A program made the position numbers and the translations under genes. The notes under the pieces are model-generated. The model was not told the origin of the DNA, made no database searches, and worked only from the letters and a program-made list of their open reading frames with translations. A stretch of DNA of 48,484 nt, from assembly GCA_964359735.1 (NCBI GenBank), contig CAYHTZ010000007.1, positions 1 through 48,484 of the forward strand, read 5' to 3'. Origin of the DNA: an uncultured Candidatus Saccharibacteria bacterium (lineage in GTDB: Bacteria > Patescibacteriota > Andersenbacteria > UBA10190). This document shows, one piece after another, positions 25,386 through 34,029 of this stretch (the first letter of the stretch is position 1; each line of letters opens with the position of its first letter).

Positions 25386-25727
25386 ATGAGCTGGTCGACA
25401 CTCTTTCCGCTGCTCAGCGTTGTTTTGTTGAGCCTTGTGGGGGTTACCGCTGACTCTTTTATTAAGACAGCCGGCGCCGGCCCAAAATATCTGAGCCTAC
25501 AGTATTTGCTGATCGGTATGGCCATCTATGCCATTACCGGCCTGGGTTGGTTTGCCGTGATGAAGCAAGTCGACCTAAGCACGCTAGGTGTCTTCTACGC
25601 CGTAAGTACTAGCCTGGCGCTTACCGCTGTAGGAATTTTTGTCTTCAAGGAGAATGTCAATGCTACAGAAGGCCTCGGTATCGCCATGGCCCTGTCCTCG
25701 CTCTTCCTCCTAGCCCGGTTCGCGTGA
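25386..25727 (+). CDS. Small 4-TM DMT/SMR-type transporter
   Basis: 113 aa, four hydrophobic helices, DLSTLGVFYA, GIFVFKE...GLGIA. Confidence 0.82.
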   Translation: MSWSTLFPLLSVVLLSLVGVTADSFIKTAGAGPKYLSLQYLLIGMAIYAITGLGWFAVMKQVDLSTLGVFYAVSTSLALTAVGIFVFKENVNATEGLGIAMALSSLFLLARFA

Positions 25728-25728
25728 T

Positions 25729-27279
25729 ATGAATTTTCGAGAAACAGGTGGAAGTCTTGTTACTCCTTCGCTCGGAAGTGGAGAAGAAGACTCCTCGAGC
25801 AGTCATCGCCAGGAGCATGGCGCAGCGACGCAGCGTGGGCCAGAAGCTGGAGAGAAAGATCCGAGATTTAAAGTGGTCGGACTCAAAGACCAAGAAGCAG
25901 TACTCGCCCGCCGCAGGCGCCTGCTAGCGACCTTTATAATGGAGCGGAAAGGATTAAGTCCGAGAGATAATCTTAAGCAGGCGCTTGCCGGGGAAACGTT
26001 TAATGAAACCCAGGAGGCTATAATTAAGCAAGCCATTGCAAACCACTACGAGCGGAAGTATCTATTCTCACAACCATTACCCGAATTACCCGAAGACCAG
26101 GAAACTATACCTTTTGGTAAAATAGTAAAAAGAGTTATAGGCCAGGGATATGCCCCTACCGACCCTTTCGTGCTGTGGTTATACAATGTGTACGGGGAGG
26201 AATGGAACAAATGGGATTGGTTTGAGGATATGAAAGAATCCATGTCCGACGTCGATGAGCAACGCATTGGCGAGGAAATGCGATTATGTGGCGAGTTTGA
26301 ACTCCCAGATGACCTGTTACTTTACTATGCTACCTCTGGTTTGGAGAGTATAAAGCCTAAACCGGGCAAGACTCTTCACGATACGATTAATGAGATGTTT
26401 GCCGCTCAGGCTGGCGATGAGACGTTTAAGCAGTTAGATATAGTTGGATATTTCCTTGACCATTACGGCCGCGGTCTTGACCGGTTAGATGAGACTATTT
26501 CGGTGACACTTTTTGAACACCTGCGTAACATTGCTCCGAATCTGCCCGAGGTCTGCACCGTGCTCGGTATTGGTATCGGGCCTGGTACCTGGGAAGGACA
26601 AATCGCGGTAGCAGCAATACCACAGCTTTTGAATGAGGGCAGCCAATTAATTTTAGGTGAGTTTGACAAGCGGTTCCGTATGTTTTTGGAGCGCTTCGTC
26701 GGCAAGAAGAATCCTAAATACTCCGAAAAACCCGTGGCAGACGAAGCGCATGCCGATCTCGTCTACGACTCGCTGCAGGAGGAAACCGGGCAAAGATCCT
26801 ATTTACATATAATGAGGGAGGCTCTCGCAGTCACAGGAATCGTGGCTGCCATTAATGTGAAAAAGAAGCATCCCCTCGACCATCGCGAGAATTCAGCAGA
26901 GATTAGAGAAAGGGGTAGAAAGGGACAAATCCACGTGGGGATAGCATCATTTTGTCATGAATCAATCACCGACAACTGGGATGAGTACGAACAGTCTCTC
27001 GCCAACACGGCCGACTTGATTGCCCCGGGCGGATACTTGGTCGTCCTTGCGCTTAAAGAAGCTGAATTTTATTTGTCCGGCGGGAAAAAAGTAGAAGACG
27101 TAGTGCCAACTAACGAAGATCGTCTGGTTGCAATAATGACAAAACTTGGTTTCGAATTAGTTGAAATGACAACCATCAAGACTCCCAGGGATCCCAACGA
27201 AGATGGCTATTTGGATCGCAAGAAACATGGCTATCAGGACAACATTGTCGGCACATTTCGCAAAAAGGAGAAGGGTTAA
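25729..27279 (+). CDS. Unknown N-terminal region fused to an NNMT/PNMT/TEMT-like methyltransferase domain
   Basis: VLGIGIGPG (motif I), ILGEF, ASFCHESITDNWDEYEQSLANTADLIAPGGYLVVLALKEAEFYLSGGKK parallels the C-terminal half of NNMT-family enzymes. Confidence 0.7.
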   Translation: MNFRETGGSLVTPSLGSGEEDSSSSHRQEHGAATQRGPEAGEKDPRFKVVGLKDQEAVLARRRRLLATFIMERKGLSPRDNLKQALAGETFNETQEAIIKQAIANHYERKYLFSQPLPELPEDQETIPFGKIVKRVIGQGYAPTDPFVLWLYNVYGEEWNKWDWFEDMKESMSDVDEQRIGEEMRLCGEFELPDDLLLYYATSGLESIKPKPGKTLHDTINEMFAAQAGDETFKQLDIVGYFLDHYGRGLDRLDETISVTLFEHLRNIAPNLPEVCTVLGIGIGPGTWEGQIAVAAIPQLLNEGSQLILGEFDKRFRMFLERFVGKKNPKYSEKPVADEAHADLVYDSLQEETGQRSYLHIMREALAVTGIVAAINVKKKHPLDHRENSAEIRERGRKGQIHVGIASFCHESITDNWDEYEQSLANTADLIAPGGYLVVLALKEAEFYLSGGKKVEDVVPTNEDRLVAIMTKLGFELVEMTTIKTPRDPNEDGYLDRKKHGYQDNIVGTFRKKEKG

Positions 27280-27319
27280 GTTCACTCACGCCCCTGAGGT
27301 GTTTGCCTAAAAAAAATTC

Positions 27320-27916
27320 TTGCGGCAAACTTTTTTAGTGATTCACAAAAAATCCACCCAAGACCTTGTCAGCGAGCGGCCCAAGCCCGAAGAGCTGGCG
27401 AAGTTGCCGCGCACGCCGATTACCGTTATTGCCGACAATATCCGGAGTCTCGACAATGTGGGGCTGCTCTTTCGCCTGTGCGAACTCGCGCGTGTTGAGA
27501 AATTGTATCTCACCGGCTACACTGGCTACCCCAAAACGGGAGACGACTCTCGTCCCAAACAAATTATTGAGCGCCACCAAAAACGGATCGAGAAAACCGC
27601 CGTCTATGCCATCCCGCATCAGCCCTGGGAATATGTTGAGAATCCCGTGCCGCTCGTCAAAAAGCTAAAAGAACAAGGCAACCAAATCATCGCCCTAGAA
27701 CAAACAGACAAAAGTCTTGCTTACAACTTAGGCACTTACAACTTACCTGCTGTTCTTCTTCTCGGTCACGAAAGGCAAGGTGTGCGTCAAGAACTTCTTG
27801 ATCTAGCTGATACCGTTATCGACATTCCCATCCTCGGCCTGGGCAATTCCCACAACGTGGCCACAGCCTGTGGAATTGTTTTGTACAAAATCTTGGAAAC
27901 GACAAAGGGTATATAG
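27320..27916 (+). CDS. TrmH/SpoU family RNA 2'-O-methyltransferase
   Basis: DNIRSLDNVGLLFR, IEKTA, ALEQ, LLLGHERQGV, IDIPILGLGNSHNVATA. Start may be GTG 27338. Confidence 0.9.
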   Translation: MRQTFLVIHKKSTQDLVSERPKPEELAKLPRTPITVIADNIRSLDNVGLLFRLCELARVEKLYLTGYTGYPKTGDDSRPKQIIERHQKRIEKTAVYAIPHQPWEYVENPVPLVKKLKEQGNQIIALEQTDKSLAYNLGTYNLPAVLLLGHERQGVRQELLDLADTVIDIPILGLGNSHNVATACGIVLYKILETTKGI

Positions 27917-27957
27917 AAGCATTACACTCATTCCTGAATCAGGTGTAGGATGGATAC

Positions 27958-28824
27958 ATGAAAAACCTAAGGTCAGTATTCCTTCTCGTTCTGACAGTTT
28001 TCATCTTTTGGTTTTTAAAATTCTATATTGGCTTTCCTGCTGCTGACGTTAGCTTCGTAGGAGTTGTTCTAACTATTGCGAGCATCCTTTTCGGGTTCCT
28101 AGCAAGCTTTTTCATTTCCGAACTTTGGACGCGGTATACGGAAATACGAACTCTGCAGAGTATACGGTCGACAGAGGGTCTGAACATGATCCAGTACGCT
28201 AGTAACTTCTTCAAGAATAAAGAGTTCGAGATCGAATTCAGAAAGTTGGTCGAAAAGACTGCCATCGTCGATGAAACCGTCGAGTGGGATGAAGTCCAAC
28301 TGGAGATACCCTTTCATCGAGAAATTGAAAAGTCGTTTCGCCTTGTTCAGATAGAAAATCGGAAACAAGAAGTGTACTTTGAGAAGCTTTTAGACAGCTA
28401 TAATGCCTTCGTTGAAGCAATCGTAAGACTTGATACTTTAGGTAAGGAGAAATTGTTTACTTCTGAGTGGATAACGCTCATCTTGCTTTCGTCGATGATT
28501 GCTTTGTCAATATTGTTCTTAGATATTACTCACGTGTTCTATCAGATTATCGTTTTGGCGTTCCCTGCCGTGCTCTTTTTAGCCATAAACCTTATTTATA
28601 ATCTTAACACGCTCTCTTGGAGCAAAGAGGCAATTTCTCTCGAACCCAATGCGCGTCTTTTCGACGCCCTCGATGTCTCGCGCTTCTACCTGAAGAAAAA
28701 GCGGAAGTTCATTAGTCCTAGCATCAAGAATTACCGCACGGAAGATGACCTGACGGGTGAGTTAAAAGAAATTTACTCAAGTATTCAAGCCCAGAGAAAA
28801 ACCATCAGCTCAGGCAGATCTTGA
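27958..28824 (+). CDS. Membrane protein, possibly DUF4239/bestrophin-like
   Basis: Two TM pairs flanking a soluble helical region; ILFGFLASFFISELWTRYTEI; visibly AT-rich. Confidence 0.7.
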   Translation: MKNLRSVFLLVLTVFIFWFLKFYIGFPAADVSFVGVVLTIASILFGFLASFFISELWTRYTEIRTLQSIRSTEGLNMIQYASNFFKNKEFEIEFRKLVEKTAIVDETVEWDEVQLEIPFHREIEKSFRLVQIENRKQEVYFEKLLDSYNAFVEAIVRLDTLGKEKLFTSEWITLILLSSMIALSILFLDITHVFYQIIVLAFPAVLFLAINLIYNLNTLSWSKEAISLEPNARLFDALDVSRFYLKKKRKFISPSIKNYRTEDDLTGELKEIYSSIQAQRKTISSGRS

Positions 28825-28884
28825 CAAACATCTGACGCCCTGCAGCATCGTTTTATACAAAATCCTGGAAAAACCCGGAAGAAT

Positions 28885-30474
28885 CTAAGCAGCCATTGCT
28901 GCCCGGGCCAGCCTAATCCTTTCATCCATATGGCGCTGAAGCACTTGGGGAGTGCTATCTTCGGGTTGAGTGTCTTCTCGATAAAACAGCAGAGCCTGTT
29001 CCCGATTATGCTTAAGTGACTCAGTGGTCAAATTTGCAGAGCCAACCAAAATATATTTGTCGTCCACAACCATGAGCTTGGTATGTAAAACCTCATCAGC
29101 CTTCCAGATTTGGAGCTGCCCGTTCGCGATAAAATCTGCCGCCAGCGCTTCTAAGATTTGAAAATATTCCTCATTTGCCGCTTCTATACTTGGCATCTCC
29201 GGCTGACTTCTTAAGATAGTCACGTGTACCCCACGCTTGAGCGCTCTCATGATGGCATTAATGACAAGCATGCTCATAAGGTACGCGTGCTCGAATTTAA
29301 TACTGTTCTCAGCACCATTAATTAGCGTTACAACCGCAGAGGTTATTTGGAAACGCTCAGCGCCCTTTTCTCTCCCGTCTTCCGCTGAGTAATTGCGCAA
29401 GCACCAGACCGGTACCTGTTCATCTGATTCGCGCCTGCGGTTTTCACGCTCTGACGCGTCAACATCAGGCTCAAAGTTCATTTGCCGGCTAATATCTTCT
29501 GTTGCATCTCCCGTGAGCATGATCATGTAATCGCGCCACCCCTTTCTTCCGTTCGTGCCGAAATAGTCCAAACCGAAATTCGCGCCGCCGCAAATAACTG
29601 TTCTATCCACTCGAATGGTTTTGCCGTGATCCATCGTTTCTAAGTCATCATTACTAATGACCACGTTCACACCTATTCGACGTAACATCTTGAGCCAGGG
29701 ATTATACGCCAGCACTGTTTTTTCGCTAATCAGCCGGCTAATAAGTTTTGAGACAGCTTTTTGTTTCTTATATTTCATTCGGTAGAACTCGCGTACATTA
29801 GAGAAAAGCATTTTCGCTCCCTGGACGATCGTCTTTGGGCCAATGAAGAGTCGAAGGCATTCAAACAAGAAGCGAGGTAACTTCTTAATACCAAACCAAA
29901 ACCTTCTGATAGTGCTCATATGAACTAAACTCCCCACAGCCATCGTGCCAATACGGTCAACGGTTGCACGGACCTCCACTTGTTTTCCTGGTTTCTGGAT
30001 GAGATCAGTGAGTGCCTGAGCCACTTCGCCTCCCACCTCATCATCCCCCCAGCTATACATGTGAATATCAACTACTTCTTGTGCGTTTCTAATGAGGTCT
30101 GCGACTTCGGCTACCGTCTGCCGATCAGTGACAAGAACTTTGGTTACATTGAAACTGCCAGGTGCCTTAGTCTTTTTTACAATTTTACCGATCATTGGGT
30201 CCGCTGCTTCAATCTCGCGAATCGTGGAGGCAGGAGGAGGCTGAGTAGGCAGAGCCTCACGCATGGTTTCCCGGGGCGCATCTCGTTCCAAGGACTTTGC
30301 ACCTGGTAAAGGAAGAGATACCTGCTCCTGGCTCGCCAGGAGATTCGACTCCTCTGAAACGGGGGGCGGTAGGGGAGGAGTTTCGCCCTGAGCCCAAGAG
30401 TTTACGCCTGCTCCTTCACCTAGGTTCTCGCCCATATTCCTCAAAGTATCGGAAATACTGGAAAAACCAAACAA
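28885..30474 (-). CDS. Phospholipase D superfamily (cardiolipin synthase-like) with long Pro/Glu-rich N-terminal extension
   Basis: Two HKD motifs: HGKTIRVD..GGANFG and HTKLMVVD..VGSANL. Confidence 0.85.
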   Translation of the reverse strand: MFGFSSISDTLRNMGENLGEGAGVNSWAQGETPPLPPPVSEESNLLASQEQVSLPLPGAKSLERDAPRETMREALPTQPPPASTIREIEAADPMIGKIVKKTKAPGSFNVTKVLVTDRQTVAEVADLIRNAQEVVDIHMYSWGDDEVGGEVAQALTDLIQKPGKQVEVRATVDRIGTMAVGSLVHMSTIRRFWFGIKKLPRFLFECLRLFIGPKTIVQGAKMLFSNVREFYRMKYKKQKAVSKLISRLISEKTVLAYNPWLKMLRRIGVNVVISNDDLETMDHGKTIRVDRTVICGGANFGLDYFGTNGRKGWRDYMIMLTGDATEDISRQMNFEPDVDASERENRRRESDEQVPVWCLRNYSAEDGREKGAERFQITSAVVTLINGAENSIKFEHAYLMSMLVINAIMRALKRGVHVTILRSQPEMPSIEAANEEYFQILEALAADFIANGQLQIWKADEVLHTKLMVVDDKYILVGSANLTTESLKHNREQALLFYREDTQPEDSTPQVLQRHMDERIRLARAAMAA

Positions 30475-30495
30475 AACTCAGTAGTTTAAGTACAC

Positions 30496-30530
30496 GCGCC
30501 CGTAGCTCAGCGGATTAGAGCGCTTGGCTT
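30496..30530 (+). pseudogene. 5' half of a tRNA-Arg-like gene, broken in the anticodon loop
   Basis: GCGCCCG-TA-GCTC-AGCGGATTA-GAGC-G-CTTGG-CTT, then unrelated palindromes; no 3' half (CCAAG...TTCGA...CGGGCGC) follows. Confidence 0.75.
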
Positions 30531-30568
30531 TCCGCCAGCACGGCGGACCCGCTGAACTAGCGGGCGGA
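30531..30568. repeat. Double-hairpin element interrupting the tRNA half
   Basis: TCCGCC-agcac-GGCGGA and CCCGCT-gaact-AGCGGG, followed by CGGA. Confidence 0.7.
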
Positions 30569-30581
30569 CTGTACCTTATCT

Positions 30582-30653
30582 GCTCTCGTGGTGAAATGGA
30601 TATCACACCAGGCTTCGGACCTGGCGTTGGGAGTTCGAATCTCTCCGAGAGCA
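30582..30653 (+). tRNA. tRNA-Arg(TCG), CCA not encoded
   Basis: GCTCTCG/CGAGAGC acceptor stem, CCAGG-CT-TCG-GA-CCTGG, TTCGAAT. Confidence 0.93.
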
Positions 30654-30656
30654 CTC

Positions 30657-31829
30657 ATGATCAATACCATTCTCAACAAATTACAATCGCGCTGGCAGGG
30701 GCCACCCATTACGGTGGAAATAAAGGGCAAATCCTACCAGCTAGGGCAGGGAACTCCCAAGACCCGGCTGATCATCAAGAACCCAAGCGTATTGCCCCGT
30801 TTCCTCTTTAGCACCTCCCTTGCTTTCGGCGAAGCCTACATGAATGGTGGTATAGAAGTTCAAGGCGATCTCTTGGATATTCTTGAAGGTTATCATTCCT
30901 CCCGCGTCGCGTTCCCACCGTTGGCGCGTCCAATGAGTAACACGGTAGGCAACCTTCCTATCTCCGTGAAACGCGCCGCCAAGAACGCCCAACACCATTA
31001 CGACATCGGCAACGATTTTTACAAATTGTGGCTAGGCAAAGAACGGGTTTACTCTTGTGCCTACTTCTTGAATAAAAAAGATGACATTGATACTGCCCAA
31101 GAACAAAAGCTCGAACTCGTTTGTCGCAAAGCCCGCTTACAACCTGGTCATACCTTACTTGATATTGGTTGCGGTTGGGGAGGTCTTATGTTTCATGCCG
31201 TGAGAAGCTACGGTGTGCATGCGACTGGTATAACCCCTGCCAACGAACAAGCCAATTTTATTGAAGCCAAAGCGAAGGAAGAAGGTCTCCAAAACAAAAT
31301 CAATGTCATTCGCGACGATTGGCGCTCCTTGAAAGGAAAATACGACAGAGTGGTTAGCATTGGCATGTTCGAGCATGTAGGGAAGCGCCAATACTCCGCC
31401 TTCATTAAAAAGTGGCGCGAGCTTTTACAAGAAGACGGCGTCTCGCTGCTGCACACCATCGGTCGCATGTCGCCCTCTGGTTCCGACCCCTGGGTCACAA
31501 AGTATATTTTCCCCGGCGGGTATTTGCCCACGCTTTCTCACATGACAGACCCTATCGCCAAGCACGATATGCTGGTCGCTGACATCGAAAATCTCTGGCA
31601 GCACTACGATTTAACACTCCAGCATTGGCTGAAGAATTTTGAAGAACATGTCCCTGAAATCACGAAGATGTTCGATGAAAAGTTTGTCCGCATGTGGCGC
31701 CTGTACCTGGCCGGCTCAATCAGTATGTTCCGTTGGGGTAGCATCCATCTCTGGCAAGCCGTGATTTTACCTTCCAAAAAATCCCCCTGGCCGTTAAATA
31801 GGGAAGTAAATGCCGCGCAGCGATCTTAA
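30657..31829 (+). CDS. cfa: Cyclopropane-fatty-acyl-phospholipid synthase family methyltransferase
   Basis: LAFGEAYMNG, HHYDIGNDFYKLWL, YSCAYF, LLDIGCGWGG, SIGMFEHVG, KYIFPGGYLP, RMWRLYL. Start set to ATG 30657 because the track start lies inside the tRNA. Confidence 0.93.
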   Translation: MINTILNKLQSRWQGPPITVEIKGKSYQLGQGTPKTRLIIKNPSVLPRFLFSTSLAFGEAYMNGGIEVQGDLLDILEGYHSSRVAFPPLARPMSNTVGNLPISVKRAAKNAQHHYDIGNDFYKLWLGKERVYSCAYFLNKKDDIDTAQEQKLELVCRKARLQPGHTLLDIGCGWGGLMFHAVRSYGVHATGITPANEQANFIEAKAKEEGLQNKINVIRDDWRSLKGKYDRVVSIGMFEHVGKRQYSAFIKKWRELLQEDGVSLLHTIGRMSPSGSDPWVTKYIFPGGYLPTLSHMTDPIAKHDMLVADIENLWQHYDLTLQHWLKNFEEHVPEITKMFDEKFVRMWRLYLAGSISMFRWGSIHLWQAVILPSKKSPWPLNREVNAAQRS

Positions 31830-34029
31830 ACTTTCTTCCCTGATCACCGAGGTACCCAGAGTTGGGCCGGCGAAGGCGAAGTTCCTGAAGAAACTGGGCA
31901 TTACGCACGTGCGGGATATACTCTACACCTTCCCGCGCCGGTATGACGACTTCTCCCGCGTGACGCCGATTGCGGAGCTCAAGGTTGGTGAGAAAATGAC
32001 GGTCAAAGGCAAAGTGAAAAAAGTTGAAAGCAAGTGGGGCTTCTACGGCCGCCGGCGTCTCTTGCGCATTTTCGTCGATGTTGAAGACGACACGGGGGTG
32101 CTTCACATTACCTGGTTCAACTTACGTTTCCTCCCCAAGCAGTTACCAGTGGAAAGGGAAATTCTCGTGGCGGGGGAGGTAGAAGAATATAGACCTCATC
32201 CGCCTCGCCACGAGTCGGCTTCTCCTTCTCAAGGAGAAGCACCTCTCCTTACGAAGGAGAGGTCGGCGAACGGGCCGGGTGAGGTGCATTTCCGCATGCG
32301 CTCTCCCGTACTGGAGTATGTTCACCCTGAGGAAGAGGGAGGACCGACCCACACCGCGCGCATCACGCCTGTTTACCCTGAAACGTATGGGGTGACCTCA
32401 CGCTTTATTCGCTACCAAGTGAAAAGTCTCCTACCGCTCATCCAAGCTCTTCCCGAGTATATTCCGGCAGAAATCCTGGAGCGGCATCATTTGCCAGGTA
32501 TTCGCGAAGCTATTCGCGCCACTCATTTCCCTGAAAACCAAGAAGAGCTTGAACCTGCCCAGCGGCGTCTCAGATTCGACGAATTATTTTTCCTGCAACT
32601 CGCCGCGCTTGTCCGCCGCCGTCTCATTCAACAAGAGCCTGCTTATCCGATACCCATTGAAAAACTCTCCATAGATCGATTTATGGAGAGGTTGCCATTC
32701 AAACTTACCAATGCACAGCAGGGAGCCCTCAAGGAAATTCTGGCTGATCTCAAAAAACCTGTGCCTATGAATCGCTTATTACAAGGCGACGTCGGCTCGG
32801 GCAAGAGCGCCTTGGCGCTCATTGCCACCCAAGTCGTGGTTGCGGCCGGCTATAAGGCTCTGTACCTCGCCCCTACCGAAATCCTTGCCCGCCAGCAAGC
32901 GGAGGTTTTTTCAAAAGCTTTGCTCCCCCTTACGAAGGGGGAGTCCCGAGGCAACCGAGGGGAAGGGGTCGAACTGCTCATCGGTGCCCTACCACCCTCC
33001 GAAAAACAGCGCATCAAAAAGCGTCTTTTGAGTGAGGAATCCCTTTGTGTGGTTGGCACTCATGCGCTTCTCCAAGAAGACGTCCATACGCATCGCGTGG
33101 CGCTCGCCATTGTCGACGAGCAGCACCGCTTTGGCGTTGAACAGAGGAAAGCGTTACAACACGCCAACGAAGGGGAAGTCCCGCACTTACTCTCTATGAC
33201 AGCCACACCTATCCCGCGTACGCTGAATCTTACTGTCTACGGCGATTTGGATGTTTCTGTCTTAAACGAGCTCCCCGCCGGCCGAAAACCGATTCAAACT
33301 AGGATTGTTGCTCCGGAAAACCGCGATGAGGCCGCAATCCACACCCTCGAGCAGCTTCACGCTGGCCGCCAAGCCTATGTGATTGCACCGCGAATAGCGG
33401 AATCAGACCCCACTTCGCTGAAGCTTCGCGGGGCAGGAAAACTAGAAGTAAAATCTGCTACTCAAACATTTGAAGAAATGAAGCATCTTTTCCCCGGTAT
33501 TGCGGTGGGGTTGGTGCACGGGCAAATGAAGTCGGAGGAAAAAGAACGTGTCATGCGGCATTTCGGTGCGGGCGCTATCCAGCTCCTCGTCTCAACTGCC
33601 GTAGTAGAAGTCGGCGTGAATGTTCCCAACGCCACTGTCATGATCATTGAAGGCGCCGAGCGCTTTGGCTTGGCTCAGCTGCACCAGCTGCGGGGGAGGG
33701 TAGGCAGAGCCGAGCACCAATCGTATTGCTACCTTTTCCCGACTACAAACGAAGCTGCCGAAGGTGAGCGTTTGCAAATTCTCGAACGAACTACTGATGG
33801 TTTCGTCATTGCTGAGAAAGATCTAGAGCTGCGCGGCCCGGGGGAAATCTACGGTGTGCAACAGTCCGGCTTCAGCGACCTCAAAGTTGCCTCACTCTTA
33901 GATTACGCCACTATCAAAATCGCCCGCGAAGAAGCCGAACGTATTCTTACAAAAGATCCTGATCTCAGAAATCATGACATTCTAAGAAGGAAAGTGGAAC
34001 AAAAGAATGTCCAAACACACTTCGAATAG
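31810..34029 (+). CDS. recG: ATP-dependent DNA helicase RecG with three in-frame palindromic insertions
   Basis: FPRRYDD, LLQGDVGSGKS, APTEILARQ, VDEQHRFGV, MTATPIPRTL, VHGQMK, EVGVNVPNA, RFGLAQLHQLRGRVGR, DLELRGPG. Confidence 0.97.
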   Translation: MPRSDLKLSSLITEVPRVGPAKAKFLKKLGITHVRDILYTFPRRYDDFSRVTPIAELKVGEKMTVKGKVKKVESKWGFYGRRRLLRIFVDVEDDTGVLHITWFNLRFLPKQLPVEREILVAGEVEEYRPHPPRHESASPSQGEAPLLTKERSANGPGEVHFRMRSPVLEYVHPEEEGGPTHTARITPVYPETYGVTSRFIRYQVKSLLPLIQALPEYIPAEILERHHLPGIREAIRATHFPENQEELEPAQRRLRFDELFFLQLAALVRRRLIQQEPAYPIPIEKLSIDRFMERLPFKLTNAQQGALKEILADLKKPVPMNRLLQGDVGSGKSALALIATQVVVAAGYKALYLAPTEILARQQAEVFSKALLPLTKGESRGNRGEGVELLIGALPPSEKQRIKKRLLSEESLCVVGTHALLQEDVHTHRVALAIVDEQHRFGVEQRKALQHANEGEVPHLLSMTATPIPRTLNLTVYGDLDVSVLNELPAGRKPIQTRIVAPENRDEAAIHTLEQLHAGRQAYVIAPRIAESDPTSLKLRGAGKLEVKSATQTFEEMKHLFPGIAVGLVHGQMKSEEKERVMRHFGAGAIQLLVSTAVVEVGVNVPNATVMIIEGAERFGLAQLHQLRGRVGRAEHQSYCYLFPTTNEAAEGERLQILERTTDGFVIAEKDLELRGPGEIYGVQQSGFSDLKVASLLDYATIKIAREEAERILTKDPDLRNHDILRRKVEQKNVQTHFE
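32218..32263. repeat. Two adjacent perfect hairpins (family B), in frame in recG
   Basis: GCTTCTCCTT-ctc-AAGGAGAAGC and ACCTCTCCTT-acg-AAGGAGAGGT. Confidence 0.85.
32923..32963. repeat. Family B hairpin pair, in frame in recG
   Basis: CTCCCCCTT-acg-AAGGGGGAG followed by TCCC-GA-GG-caa-CC-GA-GGGGA; shares CCTT-ACG-AAGG with 32241-63. Confidence 0.85.
33407..33437 (-). repeat. CYTGCC-hairpin element (family A), in frame in recG
   Basis: Plus strand ACCCCACTTCGCTGAAGCTTCGCGGGGCAGG, read as PTSLKLRGAG, the same peptide as in the TMTC-like protein. Confidence 0.92.

Noticed and set aside
25176-30530. Genomic island bounded by tRNA-Arg(TCT) and the tRNA half
   Set aside because: Only 14 nt are shared, they are the 5' rather than 3' tRNA end, the D-loops differ, and no integrase is present.
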